Of a DNA stretch of 64,000 nt, positions 9,813 through 21,154 are shown one piece after another. Location of the stretch: NCBI GenBank assembly GCA_963766715.1, contig CAVYBH010000013.1, forward strand, positions 32,001-96,000, written 5' to 3'. The translations under genes were made by a program, and so were the position numbers. The first letter of the stretch is position 1. Every line of letters starts with the position of its first letter. The DNA comes from an uncultured delta proteobacterium (GTDB lineage Bacteria; Myxococcota; Myxococcia; Myxococcales; Anaeromyxobacteraceae). The notes beneath the pieces were generated by a model. That model saw only the letters and a program-made list of their open reading frames with translations. It did not search any database and was not told the DNA's origin.

Positions 9813-10831
9813 ATGCCCCCCAGGCGCCTCCTCGCCCCGCTGGCGGCCCTGACCGTCACCGTGGTGGTCGGCACGGTCGGCTACTGGGTGCTGGGGGCGG
9901 CCGGTGGCCGCTCTTCACCTGCGCGTACATGACCGTCACCACCGTCTCCACGGTGGGCTTCGGCGAGCTGCTCCCGGTCGGCGAGGTGCCGTTCGGGCGG
10001 CCCTTCACCATGCTGCTCGTGATCACGGGCACGCTCAACCTGTGGTGGTTCATGGCCAGCGTCACCGCCTTCCTCGTCGAGGGCGAGATGCTCGGGATCG
10101 GCCGGAGGCGTCGAATGTCGACGCAGCTCGAGAAGATGCGGGACCACGTGGTGGTCTGCGGGGCGGGCTCCACCGGCATCCACGCGGTCCGGGAGCTCTC
10201 CCAGCTGGGCACCCCGTTCGTGATCGTGGACCGGGACGCGACCGTGGCCGGCGACGCCGCCCGGCTCCACGGGGGCGCCGCGGTGGTGGGCGACGCCACC
10301 CACGACGAGGTGCTCGAGCAGGCCGGAATCGGCCGGGCCCGGGGGGTCATCTCGGCGCTCACCGACGACAAGGACAACCTCTACGTCACGGTGACGGCGC
10401 GCGCGCTCAACCCGGGGCTGCGCATCGTGGCCAAGGCCATCGACGTCAAGGCCGAGCCCAAGCTGCGCCGGGCCGGGGCCGACAGCGTCGTGTCGCCGAA
10501 CGCGATGGGCGGCCTCCGCATGGTCTCCGAGATGCTGCGGCCCGAGGTGACCACCTTCCTCGACACCATGCTCCGCAACAAGGAGCAGCCCCTGCGCATC
10601 GCCGAGATCGCGGTCCCGGCCCGATCCCCCTGGGCGGGCCGGCCGCTCGCCGACCTCGACCTGGGGAGCCGCGGACTCCTCCTGCTGGCGTCGCGCAGCC
10701 CGGCAACCGAGGGTGGGCATTTCACCTACAGCCCTCCCGAGGACTCGATCGTGGCGGGAGGCTCGGTGCTCATCGTCCTCGGGCCTCCAGGAGACGTCGG
10801 AACGTTGAGCACGGAGGTCGCCCCGGGGTAG
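9813..10831 (+). CDS. Potassium channel with TrkA-N/TrkA-C (RCK) domains (frameshift near 9900)
   Basis: ATG 9813 gives the first TM helix; filter TVSTVGFG; RCK-N HVVVCGAGSTG, GDAT, DDKDNL; C-terminal RCK-C. Confidence 0.85.
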
Positions 10832-10852
10832 AAAGTCCCTGGAGGGTTCCCC

Positions 10853-12008
10853 TTGCTCCAGTGCTTCCACTGCGGGTCGCCGCTGGACGCGGCCCTGTCC
10901 GAGTGCCCGGCCTGCGGGGCCGAGATTGAGGTATCCCGGCTGACCGGGGTGCTGGGCAGCGTCTGTCGCGGCTGCGACGCCTTCAACGAGCCCGGCTCCT
11001 CGATCTGCGTCTCCTGCGGACAGCCGCTCCTGGCCGGCGCCCCGATCCCGATGGTCGAGGCCGACCTCCTCGATGCGGAGCCGGACGGCGGCGCTCCGTC
11101 GCCCCACGAGCTCCCTCCCATCGACTTCGAGGCCGTCCTGGTCCCCGAGCCGGAGCCGGGGCCCTGGCTCGCCGCGGACCCGCTCGACCCCATCGACCTC
11201 ATCGACCCGGTGGCGACCCCCACGCCGCGCGACGCCCTGGCGCAGCCGCTCCCGGCCGCTCGCCCGGCCCCGCTCCCCTTCGAGTCGCTCGAGCTCGAGC
11301 CCGACCCCGCCACGACGTCCCTGCCCCTCTCCGGATCTGGCAGGCCCGTGCCAGCTGCGGGTGGAGCGCGGAGACGGCCTGGAGGGCTCGGCCTTCCCGG
11401 TCGGCTCGGAGGAGGTCTCGGTGGGAAGCAGCGAAGGGACGATCGCCTTCGCCTCCGACCCCAGCCTCGCTCCCCGGCACGCGACCTTCTTCGTTCGCGG
11501 CGGGCGCATGCAAGTGCGCGACGAGGGCTCCTCCGGGGGGACGTTCCTCCGGCTTCGCGGCCTCACCGTGCCGCTGCGACCCGGCGACGCGTTCGCCGTC
11601 GGCGACCGGCTCCTCCGCTTCGGGGGTCCCCTCCCCGCCGCCGCCCCGCCCGCGCCGGACGGCACCCGGCGACTCGGCTCGCCCCGGCCCACCGGACACG
11701 CCGTCCTGCTCGAGGAGCGGTTGGCGGGCGGCGTCACCGGACGCGTCTGGCTGCGCGCCGGCTCCTCCGTGTCGCTCGGCCGCGCCGGGTGCTCGGTGAA
11801 CCTGGGCGACGACCCCTTCCTTTCGCAGGCGCACGCCGAGGTGATCCTCGAGGGAGACGGAACGGCGCGGCTGCGGGACCTGGGCTCCGCCAACGGGACG
11901 TTCCTCCGCCTCCCTCCCCGCTCCGAGCGCGAGCTCCAGGACGGAGACCTCGTCCGGGTCGGCCGCCAGGTGCTCCGGGTGTCCGTCCCGTCCGAGAGGG
12001 GAGCCTGA
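10853..12008 (+). CDS. Zinc-ribbon plus tandem FHA-domain protein (frameshift near 11325)
   Basis: CFHC, CPAC, CRGC, CVSC; acidic Pro-rich linker; two FHA-like repeats (RHA...DEGSSGGTF; SQAHA...DLGSANGTF). Confidence 0.78.
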
Positions 12009-12010
12009 CC

Positions 12011-12373
12011 ATGGCCGTCGTCTTCGTCACCATCGCCCCGCTGGGCACCGCCACCCCCAGCCTGTCGCGCTACGTCGCCGGCGTGGAGCGCATCCTCCGG
12101 AAGAGCGGCCTCGTCCACCAGCTCACCGCCATGGGAACCATCATCGAGGGCGACCTCGACCGGATCCTGTCGGTCGTCCGCGAGATGCACGAGGCGCCGT
12201 TCGGCGAGGGGGCGGTCCGGGTGTCGACGCTCGTGAAGATCGACGACCGGCGGGACAAGGAGCACACCATCGCGCGCAAGATGCGCTCGGTGGAGGAGAA
12301 GCTGCGGGCGGCCGAGGAGCCGGTCAGCCGACCACGAACACGGCGCACGACCGCGCGCCGTGCGCGCCGATGA
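12011..12373 (+). CDS. MTH1187/YkoF-like thiamine-binding family protein
   Basis: VTIAPLGT.TPSLSRYVA...LTAMGTIIEGD...RVSTLVKIDDRRDK pattern; 3' end overlaps lutC and is uncertain. Confidence 0.8.
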   Translation: MAVVFVTIAPLGTATPSLSRYVAGVERILRKSGLVHQLTAMGTIIEGDLDRILSVVREMHEAPFGEGAVRVSTLVKIDDRRDKEHTIARKMRSVEEKLRAAEEPVSRPRTRRTTARRARR

Positions 12374-12911
12374 CGAGCGACTGCTCGATGTCGGCGGTCT
12401 TGGACGGCCCCGAGATGAAGAGGCCGTAGCCCGGGCGCGGCAGCGTGATGCGCCCGTAGGCCTCCTGCATGTCGTTCACAACGTCCTCGGCGCGGACCAC
12501 GAGCACCAGGTGCTCGGGGATGACGAAGACCGCGCGGTGGGGCCCGAGGCTCTCCCCCTTCACCCAGACCGCGCCGTTCTCGGCCACGCCCACCTCGCCC
12601 GGGATGGCGGCCACGTCCAGGTCGGCCAGCTCGTGGGGATCCGCGACGGCGGCCAGGTCCACGGTCGCGCCCGCGAGCCCGGACACGAGCGAGACCCGGC
12701 GCGGCGACGACCAGACCGGAAGGCGCCCCACCTCCGCGGCGAGCGCGGCGGCGTCGGCCACGCGGTACGGATGGCCTCCGACCCCCTTCACCGACTCGAG
12801 GAAGCGGACGACCGGGTCCCCCTGCTTCACCGGCGCGGGGTGCTTCGGCGCCGGGATCGGACTGGCCCCGGAGGCGCGCAGCGCCTGGAGGATGGCCTCG
12901 CGGGCGGTCAC
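12324..12911 (-). CDS. lutC: Lactate utilization protein C (LUD domain)
   Basis: GTG 12911 overlapping the lutB stop; GVAENGAVW, ISGPSKTADIEQSLVIGAHG. Confidence 0.88.
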   Translation of the reverse strand: MTAREAILQALRASGASPIPAPKHPAPVKQGDPVVRFLESVKGVGGHPYRVADAAALAAEVGRLPVWSSPRRVSLVSGLAGATVDLAAVADPHELADLDVAAIPGEVGVAENGAVWVKGESLGPHRAVFVIPEHLVLVVRAEDVVNDMQEAYGRITLPRPGYGLFISGPSKTADIEQSLVIGAHGARSCAVFVVG

Positions 12912-14296
12912 GTCCCGGCCCCCGGCTTCCCCGCCTCTTCGCGGTCGTAGAGATCGGCGAAGGACTCCTTCGGCGCCACCGGGAGCTCGCGGCCGCGCGC
13001 CCAGATGGCCATCGGGCCGACCTTGGCGAGCCCCGGGGCGACCCGGAGCAGCCAGCGCGCCATCCGTCCGCCGGTCCGGAAGAGGGCGGGGCGCGCCATG
13101 GCGAAGGAGGCGGCCTTCATCCCCAGCCGCTTCCCCAGCGGCACGAGCTTCTCCTCCCCGGCCTCCTGCCGGAGGACGAGCAACTGGTGGTGGAGGTCCA
13201 CCTTGACCGGGCAGACGTCGGTGCACGAGCCGCAGAGGCTCGACGCGAAGGGCAGGCTGGCGTGCGCGCCCAGATCCCGGTGGGCCCCGAGCACCGAGCC
13301 GATGGGGCCGGGGATGAGGTAGCTGTAGCTGTATCCGCCGCTCCGCCGGTACACCGGGCAGGTGTTGAGGCAGGCCCCGCAGCGGATGCAGGCGAGCGCC
13401 TTTCGCCGGTGCTCCTCGGCGAGCATCTTGCTCCGCCCGTTGTCGACGATGACGACGTGGGTCTCGCCCCCGGGGAGCGGCGCGTGGAAGTGGGTGGTGT
13501 AGGAGGAGACCGGCTGGCCCGTGGCGCTCCTCGCCAGCAGCCGCAGGAAGATCCCCAGGTCGGCGAGCCGCGGGATGACCTTCTCCACCCCCATCGAGGC
13601 GATGTGCACGGGCGGCAGCGTCGTCCCCATGTCGGCGTTGCCCTCGTTCGTCACCACCACGAAGCCGCCGGTCTCCGCGATGGCGAAGTTCACCCCGGTG
13701 AGGCCGGCCTGGGCGCCCAGGAACTTCTCGCGGAGGTGGCCGCGCGCCTTCTCGGTGAGCAAGGTGGGATCGGAGAGGCCCTTCGGCGTCCCCAGCTTCT
13801 CGTGGAAGAGCTCGCCGATCTCCTCCTTCTTGCGGTGGATGGCGGGCATGACGATGTGCGACGGGGGCTCGCCGGCCAGCTGGACGATCCGCTCGCCCAG
13901 GTCGGTGTCCACCACCTCGATGCCCCGGGCCTCGAGGAACGGGTTCAGGTGGCACTCCTCGGTGAGCATCGACTTCGACTTCACCATCCGCGTGACGCCG
14001 TGCCGCTCCAGGATCCCGTGGACGATCCGGTTGTGCTCCTCGCCGTCGCGGGCCCAGTGCACCTGCATGCCATTGGCCTTCGCGTTGCGCTCGAACTCCT
14101 CGAGGTACTCGGCGAGGCGGGAGAGGGTGTGCTCCTTGATGCCCGACGCGGTCTCCCGGAGGGCCTCCCACTCCGGGACGGTGGCCGCGCCCCGATCGCG
14201 CTTCACCCGGACGAACCAGAGCGCCTTGTCGTGCCAGTGGGCGCGCTCGTCGTCGAGCACGAAGGCACGGGCCTTCTCTGGGTGGTGGTGGATCAC
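12908..14296 (-). CDS. lutB: Lactate utilization protein B, iron-sulfur subunit
   Basis: GTG 14296; KSKSMLTEE, TDLGE, PSHIVMPAIH, NEGNAD, CIRCGACLNTCP, SSLCGSCTDVCP. Confidence 0.92.
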   Translation of the reverse strand: MIHHHPEKARAFVLDDERAHWHDKALWFVRVKRDRGAATVPEWEALRETASGIKEHTLSRLAEYLEEFERNAKANGMQVHWARDGEEHNRIVHGILERHGVTRMVKSKSMLTEECHLNPFLEARGIEVVDTDLGERIVQLAGEPPSHIVMPAIHRKKEEIGELFHEKLGTPKGLSDPTLLTEKARGHLREKFLGAQAGLTGVNFAIAETGGFVVVTNEGNADMGTTLPPVHIASMGVEKVIPRLADLGIFLRLLARSATGQPVSSYTTHFHAPLPGGETHVVIVDNGRSKMLAEEHRRKALACIRCGACLNTCPVYRRSGGYSYSYLIPGPIGSVLGAHRDLGAHASLPFASSLCGSCTDVCPVKVDLHHQLLVLRQEAGEEKLVPLGKRLGMKAASFAMARPALFRTGGRMARWLLRVAPGLAKVGPMAIWARGRELPVAPKESFADLYDREEAGKPGAGT

Positions 14297-15045
14297 CGGG
14301 AGAGCCTCGCCTTCTCGAGCATCTCGGCCACGTGCACCACCGGGAGCCGGGTGCCGTCCCGGCGCGCCAGCGCGTCGAGGTGCATGAGGCAGGACATGTC
14401 GTAGCCGGCGATCACCTCGGCCCCGGCACGGACGTGGTCGGCGATCCGGTCGCGCCCCATCATGCAGGAGACCGCGTCCTCGGTGACCGCGAAGGTCCCG
14501 CCGAAGCCGCAGCACTCGTCGGGGCGCTCCAGGTCGACGAGCTCGATGCCCCGCAGCTGGCCGATGAGCTGGCGCGTCTTGTCGAACGGGGCGTCCATCC
14601 GCTCGCTCGAGCTGGACTCGCGCAGCTCCCGGATGCCGTGGCAGCTGCGGTGCAGCCCCACCTTGTGGCGGTACTCGCCGTCCACCCGGGCAACCTTCAC
14701 CACGTCGACCAGGTACTCGGAGAGATCGAAGGTTCGCCCGGTGAGCTCCCGGACCTCCGCGGTGTCGCCGAGGAGATCCGGGTAGTGGAGCTTCACCATC
14801 GAGACGCAGCTGGCCGAGGGCGCGACCACGGCCTCGTATCCCGCGAAGAGGCGGAGGAAGCGCTCGGCGAGCGGCCGCGCCTCGCGCGAGCAGCCCGTGT
14901 TGTACATGGGCTGCCCGCAGCAGGTCTGGTCCCGGGGGTACTCGACCTCGAGGCCGAGCCCCCGCAGGACCCGCAGCGTCGCCAGTCCCACCCGGGGGAA
15001 GAACTGGTCGACGTAGCAGGGGATGAAGAGCCCGACCTTCGACAT
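14293..15045 (-). CDS. lutA: Lactate utilization protein A (CCG-domain Fe-S protein)
   Basis: LFIPCYVDQFFP, QTCCGQP, ECCGFGGTF, SCLMHL. Confidence 0.9.
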   Translation of the reverse strand: MSKVGLFIPCYVDQFFPRVGLATLRVLRGLGLEVEYPRDQTCCGQPMYNTGCSREARPLAERFLRLFAGYEAVVAPSASCVSMVKLHYPDLLGDTAEVRELTGRTFDLSEYLVDVVKVARVDGEYRHKVGLHRSCHGIRELRESSSSERMDAPFDKTRQLIGQLRGIELVDLERPDECCGFGGTFAVTEDAVSCMMGRDRIADHVRAGAEVIAGYDMSCLMHLDALARRDGTRLPVVHVAEMLEKARLSR

Positions 15046-15055
15046 TCCGCCTCGC

Positions 15056-16692
15056 CTAGTGGGGGATCATCCACTGGAAGTAGTTGTGCTGCAGGAAGAC
15101 GAGCACGCCCACCAGGCAGGCGAGCACGAGGCTGTGCCAGAAGACGTAGCGCAGGATCTCGCCCTCCTTGCCGTGCTCCCCGGTGGCGACCGCCGCCACC
15201 ACGATGGACTGGGCGTCGATCATCTTGCCCATGACGCCGCCGGAGCTGTTCGACGCCGCGGCGAGGATGGGCGACATCCCCAGCTTCTCGGCCGACACCA
15301 CCTGGAGGTTCCCGAAGAGGACGTTCGACGAGGTGTCCGACCCGGTCAGCGCCACGCCCAGCCAGCCGAGCAGCGGCGAGAAGAACGGGAAGAGGGCGCC
15401 GGTCGAGGCGAAGGCGAGGCCCATCGTCGAGTCGGAGCCGGAGAAGCGGGTCACGAAGCCGAGGGCCAGCATGGCCGCGATGGTGAGCAGCGAGAACCGG
15501 ACCCGCTTCAGCGTGGACAGGTAGGTCTTCACCAGGTCGCCGAGGCCCATCTTCAGCCACAGGCCGGAGACCAGCCCGGTGAGCAGGAGGCTCGTGCCGG
15601 TGGCCGAGAGGATGTTGAAGACGTACTTGGCGTCCTCGAGGGCGGGCTTCTTGGCGACGGGCGGGACCTTCTGCACGAGCTTGTGGAGGCCGGTCATCTC
15701 GAAGGCCGGCGCGAAGATGCCGTTCAGCCAGGTCTTCACCACCGGCTGGCCCCAGATGAACACGAAGACGGTGAGGACGATCCAGGGCATCCAGGCCATG
15801 AAGGCCTCGCCGCCCGAGTGCTTCTTGATGACGGCGTGGGCGGCTCCTCGCGCTCCTCGGGGAAGCGCCAGATGTGCTTCGGCTGCCAGAACTTGAGGAG
15901 CGTGTAGGTGGCGCCGATGGAGACGATGGCGGCCACGATGTCGACGAGCGACGGACCGAAGTAGTTGGAGACGATGAACTGGGGGATGGCGAAGAAGACG
16001 CCGGCCACCAGGCAGGCCGGCCAGACCTCGACCATTCCCTTGAACCCGGACATGGCCCAGACCAGCCAGAAGGGCACGATGACCGAGAAGAAGGGCAGCT
16101 GGCGGCCCGCCATCGCGGAGAGCTGCATCTCGGAGAGCCCCGTCACCTTGGCGAGCGTGATGATGGGCGTGCCGAGCGCGCCGTAGGCCACCGGCGCGGT
16201 GTTCCCGATGAGGGCCAGGCCGGCGGCGGCGAGCGGCTTGAAGCCGAGGCCGATGAGCATGGCGGCCGAGATGGCCACCGGCGTGCCGAAGCCGGCCGCG
16301 CCCTCGATGAAGGCGCCGAAGGCGAAGCCGATGAGGAGCACCTGGATGCGCCGGTCGGCCGCGATGCCCGCGATGGTGTCCTTCACCACCTCGAACTTCC
16401 CGGTCTTCACGCTGATGTCGTAGACGAAGATGGCGTTCAGGATGATCCAGCCGATGGGCATCAGGCCGAAGAGCGCGCCGTTCACCGCCGACATCGTGGC
16501 CATCCCGGCCGGCATCCCGTAGACGAAGACCGCCACGGCCCAGGCGGAGGCGAGACCCAGCACGGCGGCCCAGTGCGCCTTCACGTGGAAGAAGGCCAGC
16601 GCCCCGAGGAGCAGGATGACGGGGATCGCCGCCACCAGCGCGGAGATGAAGAGGTTGTTCGCTACCGGTGAATATACCTGCGTCCAGGTCAT
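15056..16692 (-). CDS. lctP: Lactate permease, LctP family (frameshift near 15840)
   Basis: [54 protein letters not shown]. Confidence 0.9.
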
Positions 16693-16780
16693 CGGTGTTC
16701 CCTCCCAGGGGTGCGCGAATTGAACCTTGCCAGGGGTCCTCGACTCAAGGGGTCCGGTACGATTTCTTCGACACGCTGCG

Positions 16781-19637
16781 TCAGTCCATCCGGGATGCGG
16801 CCCGGTCGGCCAGGTGGACGATGGAACGGTACGGGATCCCGCCGTGCAGGCTGAGGCCGATCTCGCAGGTCCGGCTGTTCGACACGCCCTCCGTGCACCC
16901 CTTCACGCCTGCCGCCAGCTCGGACAGCGCGGCTGCGTTCAGCTCGGGGTGGGTGAAGCCGCGGTCGCCGGCGAACCCGCAGCACCCGACGCGGGGCGGC
17001 ACGACCACCTCGGCGGCGCAGGCGCGCGCCACCGCCTCGAGCTTCGGGCCGAGCCCCATCTTGGTGGAGCTGCAGGTGACGTGGACCGCCACCTTCCCCG
17101 GCAGCCGGGAGAAGCGCAGCTTGTCGAGGAGGTGGTCGTGGATGAACTCGGCCGGCTCGAGGAGCACGAGCCTGGGGTCCATCTTCTTCCGCATGCGCTG
17201 CAGGCACGGGCTGGTGTCGCAGAGGATCGCGATGCGTCCGTCGTCGCTGGCGGCGAAGAGCGCCCGCTCGAGCTCGTGGAGCTTGGCGTCGGCGATGTCG
17301 CGGAAGCCCTTGGAGTCGAAGGACAGCCCGCAGCACAGCGAGTCGAGGGCGGCCGGGAAGAGGACGTCGTAGTCGGCCTTTCCCAGGAGCGACAGCGTGG
17401 AGTCGAAGACGGCGCGCGGGTCGTCGTCGTTCCGGGCCGGCCCCATGGTCCGGGCGATGCACGACGGGAAGTAGACGACCTCGCGCCCCTTCCCCCGGTA
17501 GACGTTCTGCAGCGCGCCGGGCCGGGCGGGACGGGGCATGGCCTCGTTCCAGGCCGGGAGCCGCTCGCCCGTCAGGCCGCGGGCGCCGCGGGAGAGCGCC
17601 CCCATGAGCCGGGTCCCGAGCACGGCGTGGGCGGCGTCGGCCACCGCGAGCCCGCGCCGGGCCCAGGCCTCGGTCGCGGGGAAGTCGTCGGCCAGGCCGC
17701 GGGCCCGGTCCCGGGCCTTCTCCGACCAGGCCGCGCTTCGCAGCTGCTTCACGAACTCGCCGGTGTCGATGGAGACGGGGCAGGCCGTGGCGCAGAGGCC
17801 GTCGGTCGCGCAGGTCTCCTCCCCCTGGTAGGCGAAGTCCTCGGCGAGCCGGGCCCGGCGCTCGGGGTCCTCGCCGGTGCGGCCGAGGCGGGCCATCTCC
17901 CGCTGGACCGTGATGCGCTGGCGGGGCGTGGTCGTCAGGGGGCGCGAGGGGCACTTGGGCTCGCAGAAGCCGCACTCGATGCACTTGTCGACGAGCGGAT
18001 CGACCTGGGGCAGCGGCTTCAGGTTCTCGAGGTAGGCCTTCGGGTTGTCGTTGAGGATCACGCCGGGATTCAGGATGCCCTTCGGGATCGAGCAGGGCCT
18101 TCACCCGCTTCATGATCCGGTAGGCCTTCTCGCCCCACTCCAGCTCGACGAAGGGCGCCATGTTGCGGCCGGTGCCGTGCTCCCCCTTGAGCGAGCCGTC
18201 GAAGCGGCGCACCACCACGTCGCAGACCTCCTCCATGAGGGCCTGGTAGCGCGCGACCTCGGCCGGGATGGCGAAGTCCTGGGTGAAGGTGAAGTGGAGG
18301 TTCCCGTCGAGGGCGTGGCCGAAGATGATTCCCTCGGCGTAGCCGTGCTGGCGCATCGCCTTCTCGAGGAAGACCGTGCCGGCCGCCAGGTGCTCGATGG
18401 GAAAGGCCACGTCCTCGATGACCACCGTGGTGCCGATCTTGCGAGCGCCCCCGACCGCGGGGAAGAGCCCCTTGCGGACGTCCCAGAGCCGCTCCTGCTC
18501 GGCCTTCCCGTCGGTGAACCTCACCGGGTGGAGCTTGCGCACCTCCTCGATGAGCCGTTCGGCCTCCTCGGCCTGGCGCAGGAGCTCGGCCCGCTCGGCG
18601 GCCCGCGTCTCCACGAGGAGCGCGCACGCACTGGGGCCGAGCTCGGCCAGGTGGGCCGGCATGCCGGGCTTGTCCTGTACCGATCGGATCGAGGCCCGAT
18701 CCATGAGCTCGACCGCCGACACCGGCCCGCCCCGGAGGCGCTGGGTGGCGATGGCGGCCTGCTCGATGTCCGGGAAGAGGACGAGCGCGCTCGCCTTGTG
18801 CGGATGGTCGACGACGGTCCGCAGCGTCACCTCGGAGATGAAGGCGAGCGTGCCCTCGGAGCCCACCATGAGGTGCAGGAGGATGTCGACGGGGTCCCGG
18901 TGGTCGACGAAGGAGTTGAGGGCGTAGCCGGTGGTGTTCTTGATCCGGTACTTCTCGCGGATCCGGCGGGAGAGGGTCTCGTCGGCCGCGATCTCGTCCC
19001 GCAGCGCCGCGAGCCCCTCGAGCAGCGGGCCGTGGGAGGCGGCCAGCCGGGCGCGCGCGGCGGGATCCGAGGTGTCGACCTCGGTGCCGTCCGCCAGCAC
19101 GAGGCGCATGCTCTCCACGGTCTCGTAGCTGTTGAGCGCGGTGCCGCAGCACATGCCGGCCGCGTTGTTGGCCACGATCCCGCCGATCATGCAGGCGTTG
19201 ATCGAGGCCGGGTCGGGCCCGATCTTGCGCCCCAGCGGCGCCAGGAAGGCGTTGGCCTCGGCGCCGATGACGCCCGGCTCGAGGACGATGCGGTCGCCGC
19301 CTCCCTCGATCCTCCAGCCGCGCCAGCCGCCGGCGAGGACGATCAGCACCGAGTCGGAGATGGCCTGGCCCGAGAGGCTCGTGCCGGCGGCGCGGAAGGT
19401 GACGTGGACGCCGAGGCGGCCGGCCAGGGCGACGAGGCGGGCGACCTCCTCGCGGGAGAAGGCCTTCACGACGATCTTCGGCACGAGCCGGTAGAAGCTG
19501 GCGTCGGTCCCGAAGGCGAGGGTCCGGAACGGGTCGCACATCATGCAATCCGGCGGGAGGAACGCCGCGGCCTCGTCCCAGAAGCGGCGGTGGGCGGGCG
19601 GGAGCGACTGGTGGTCCGAACGAGCGGCTCGACCCAT
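16781..19637 (-). CDS. dld: FAD-binding and Fe-S-binding (GlcD-GlcF fused) D-lactate dehydrogenase (frameshift near 18080)
   Basis: TDASFYRLVP, FRAAGTSLSGQ, GPDPAS, GSEGTL, GHALDGNLH, GEHGTGRN; second frame CIECGFCEPKCP, CATDGLCATACP, CCG domains. Confidence 0.85.
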
Positions 19638-19673
19638 GGGCGCCAACCTCCGTGAGGCCTGTGCAGGGCGCGC

Positions 19674-19682
19674 ATTGTAGCA
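19674..19682 (-). promoter_or_regulatory. Putative extended -10 element for the dld-lctP-lutABC operon
   Basis: Minus strand TGCTACAAT (TGnTAnnnT) about 36 nt upstream of ATG 19637. Confidence 0.45.
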
Positions 19683-19725
19683 CCGGCGCAGGTTTGACCC
19701 ATGGGCATCCCCGGGATAGAGGTGG

Positions 19726-20625
19726 ATGACCATGGCGCCTGCGCCGACCTGTCCGCGCTGCGGTCGCGAGAACGACCCGGCCTTCGCCTTCTGCCACGAC
19801 TGCGGTCACGGACTCCGCCCCGAGGTCGAGCGGACCTGCGCCCGCTGCGGGGCGAAGCTGCCGGGCTCCTTCCGCTTCTGCGGGCACTGCGGGCAGGCGG
19901 CCGAGGCCGCTCCCCCTCCCCGGCCCACCACGCCCTCCTCCCCGCGGCTCGACGCCCCCTCGCCCGTCACCCACGCCGTGGCCCCGCCCGGACCCGGTGC
20001 GCCGGCGCGCCTGGTCCTCGTCCGGCACGACGGGCTCCCAGGGGCTGCACACTCCCTGGACAGGGAGGTGACGATCTGCGGACGGCGGGAGGGAGACGTG
20101 CTCCTCCCCGACGACGGCTCGGTCTCCCCGCGCCACGCCGCCTTCACCGTCCGCGACGGACGGATCCGCGTCGAGGACCTGGGCAGCACCTCGGGGACCT
20201 TCCTGCGGCTGCGCTCGCCGCGATCGCTCACCTTCGGCGACGAGATCCGGCTCGGCCGCCAGCTCCTCCGGCTCGAGCCCATGCCGCGCCCCGGCACGGC
20301 GGCGGTGGGGGCCCTGCCCTGGGGATCGACCGACCCGGGCTACCGGGCCCGCCTGGTCCAGCTCCTCGAGGGCGGAGGCCTCGGCGAGGTCATCCCCCTC
20401 CGGGCCGGCGCCAACGGAGTGGGGCGCGAGGCCGGGGAGGTGAGCTTCCCGGGGGACCGCTACGTCTCCGGCCGCCACGCGCGCATCGACGTGGGGGAGG
20501 CGGCGGTGACGCTCACCGACCTCGGCAGCTCGAACGGCACGTTCCTGCGCGTGTCAGGGCCGACGGAGATCGCCGCCGGGGACCAGGTGCTCCTGGGAAT
20601 GCAGCTGCTCCGGATCGAGGCCTGA
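19726..20625 (+). CDS. Double zinc-ribbon plus tandem FHA-domain protein
   Basis: CPRC, CHDC, CARC, CGHC; two FHA repeats (GR...SPRHA...DLGSTSGTF; GR...SGRHA...DLGSSNGTF). Confidence 0.85.
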   Translation: MTMAPAPTCPRCGRENDPAFAFCHDCGHGLRPEVERTCARCGAKLPGSFRFCGHCGQAAEAAPPPRPTTPSSPRLDAPSPVTHAVAPPGPGAPARLVLVRHDGLPGAAHSLDREVTICGRREGDVLLPDDGSVSPRHAAFTVRDGRIRVEDLGSTSGTFLRLRSPRSLTFGDEIRLGRQLLRLEPMPRPGTAAVGALPWGSTDPGYRARLVQLLEGGGLGEVIPLRAGANGVGREAGEVSFPGDRYVSGRHARIDVGEAAVTLTDLGSSNGTFLRVSGPTEIAAGDQVLLGMQLLRIEA

Positions 20626-20647
20626 CGGCCGCGCCCCGCCGGGGCGG

Positions 20648-21010
20648 CTACCCGAAGCTCTTCTCGGCCTGCTCCTGCTCTTCCTTGCAGCGGATGCAGA
20701 GCGTGGTCACGGGGCGGGCCTCGAGCCGCTTCGGGGAGATCTCCTCCTCGCAGCGCTCGCAGATCCCGAAGTTCCCGGTCTCGATGCGCCCGAGCGCCTT
20801 GTCGATCTTCGCGAGGAGGAACTTCTCGCGGTCCCGGAGGCGGAAGATCATCGACTGCTGGTACTCGCTGGAGGCCTGGTCGATCTCGTCGGGGAGCTCG
20901 TTGGTGTCGAAGCTCGACTCCTCCGAGAGGGTCTTCTTCGCCGAGGCGAGGAGCTGCCGCTTCGACTCCTCGAGCATCGTCTTGAACCGCTTCAGGTCCT
21001 TCTTGTTCAA
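20648..21010 (-). CDS. dksA: DksA/TraR C4 zinc-finger RNA polymerase-binding protein
   Basis: TTG 21010; PDEIDQAS coiled-coil tip; CERC...RLEARPVTTLCIRCKE. Confidence 0.9.
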   Translation of the reverse strand: MNKKDLKRFKTMLEESKRQLLASAKKTLSEESSFDTNELPDEIDQASSEYQQSMIFRLRDREKFLLAKIDKALGRIETGNFGICERCEEEISPKRLEARPVTTLCIRCKEEQEQAEKSFG

Positions 21011-21071
21011 GCCGCCACCCCTGTCGACCGCCCGGCGCCTGCCGGGGATCGGTTCGGAAAAAGGAACGGGG

Positions 21072-21100
21072 AGGCTAGTCGCGCCCCCCCGCACTGTCAA
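21072..21100 (-). promoter_or_regulatory. Putative sigma70 promoter of dksA
   Basis: Minus strand TTGACA-N17-TAGCCT. Confidence 0.6.
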
Positions 21101-21154
21101 GGAGGACCCGGGGGCGTTGTGGACAACCCCCCCGTCCTCGTCTAGACCCGTTCC

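Noticed and set aside
16705..16755. Three AGGGGT repeats between dld and lctP
   Set aside because: Short and irregularly spaced (25 and 16 bp) in a GC-rich background, so chance cannot be excluded
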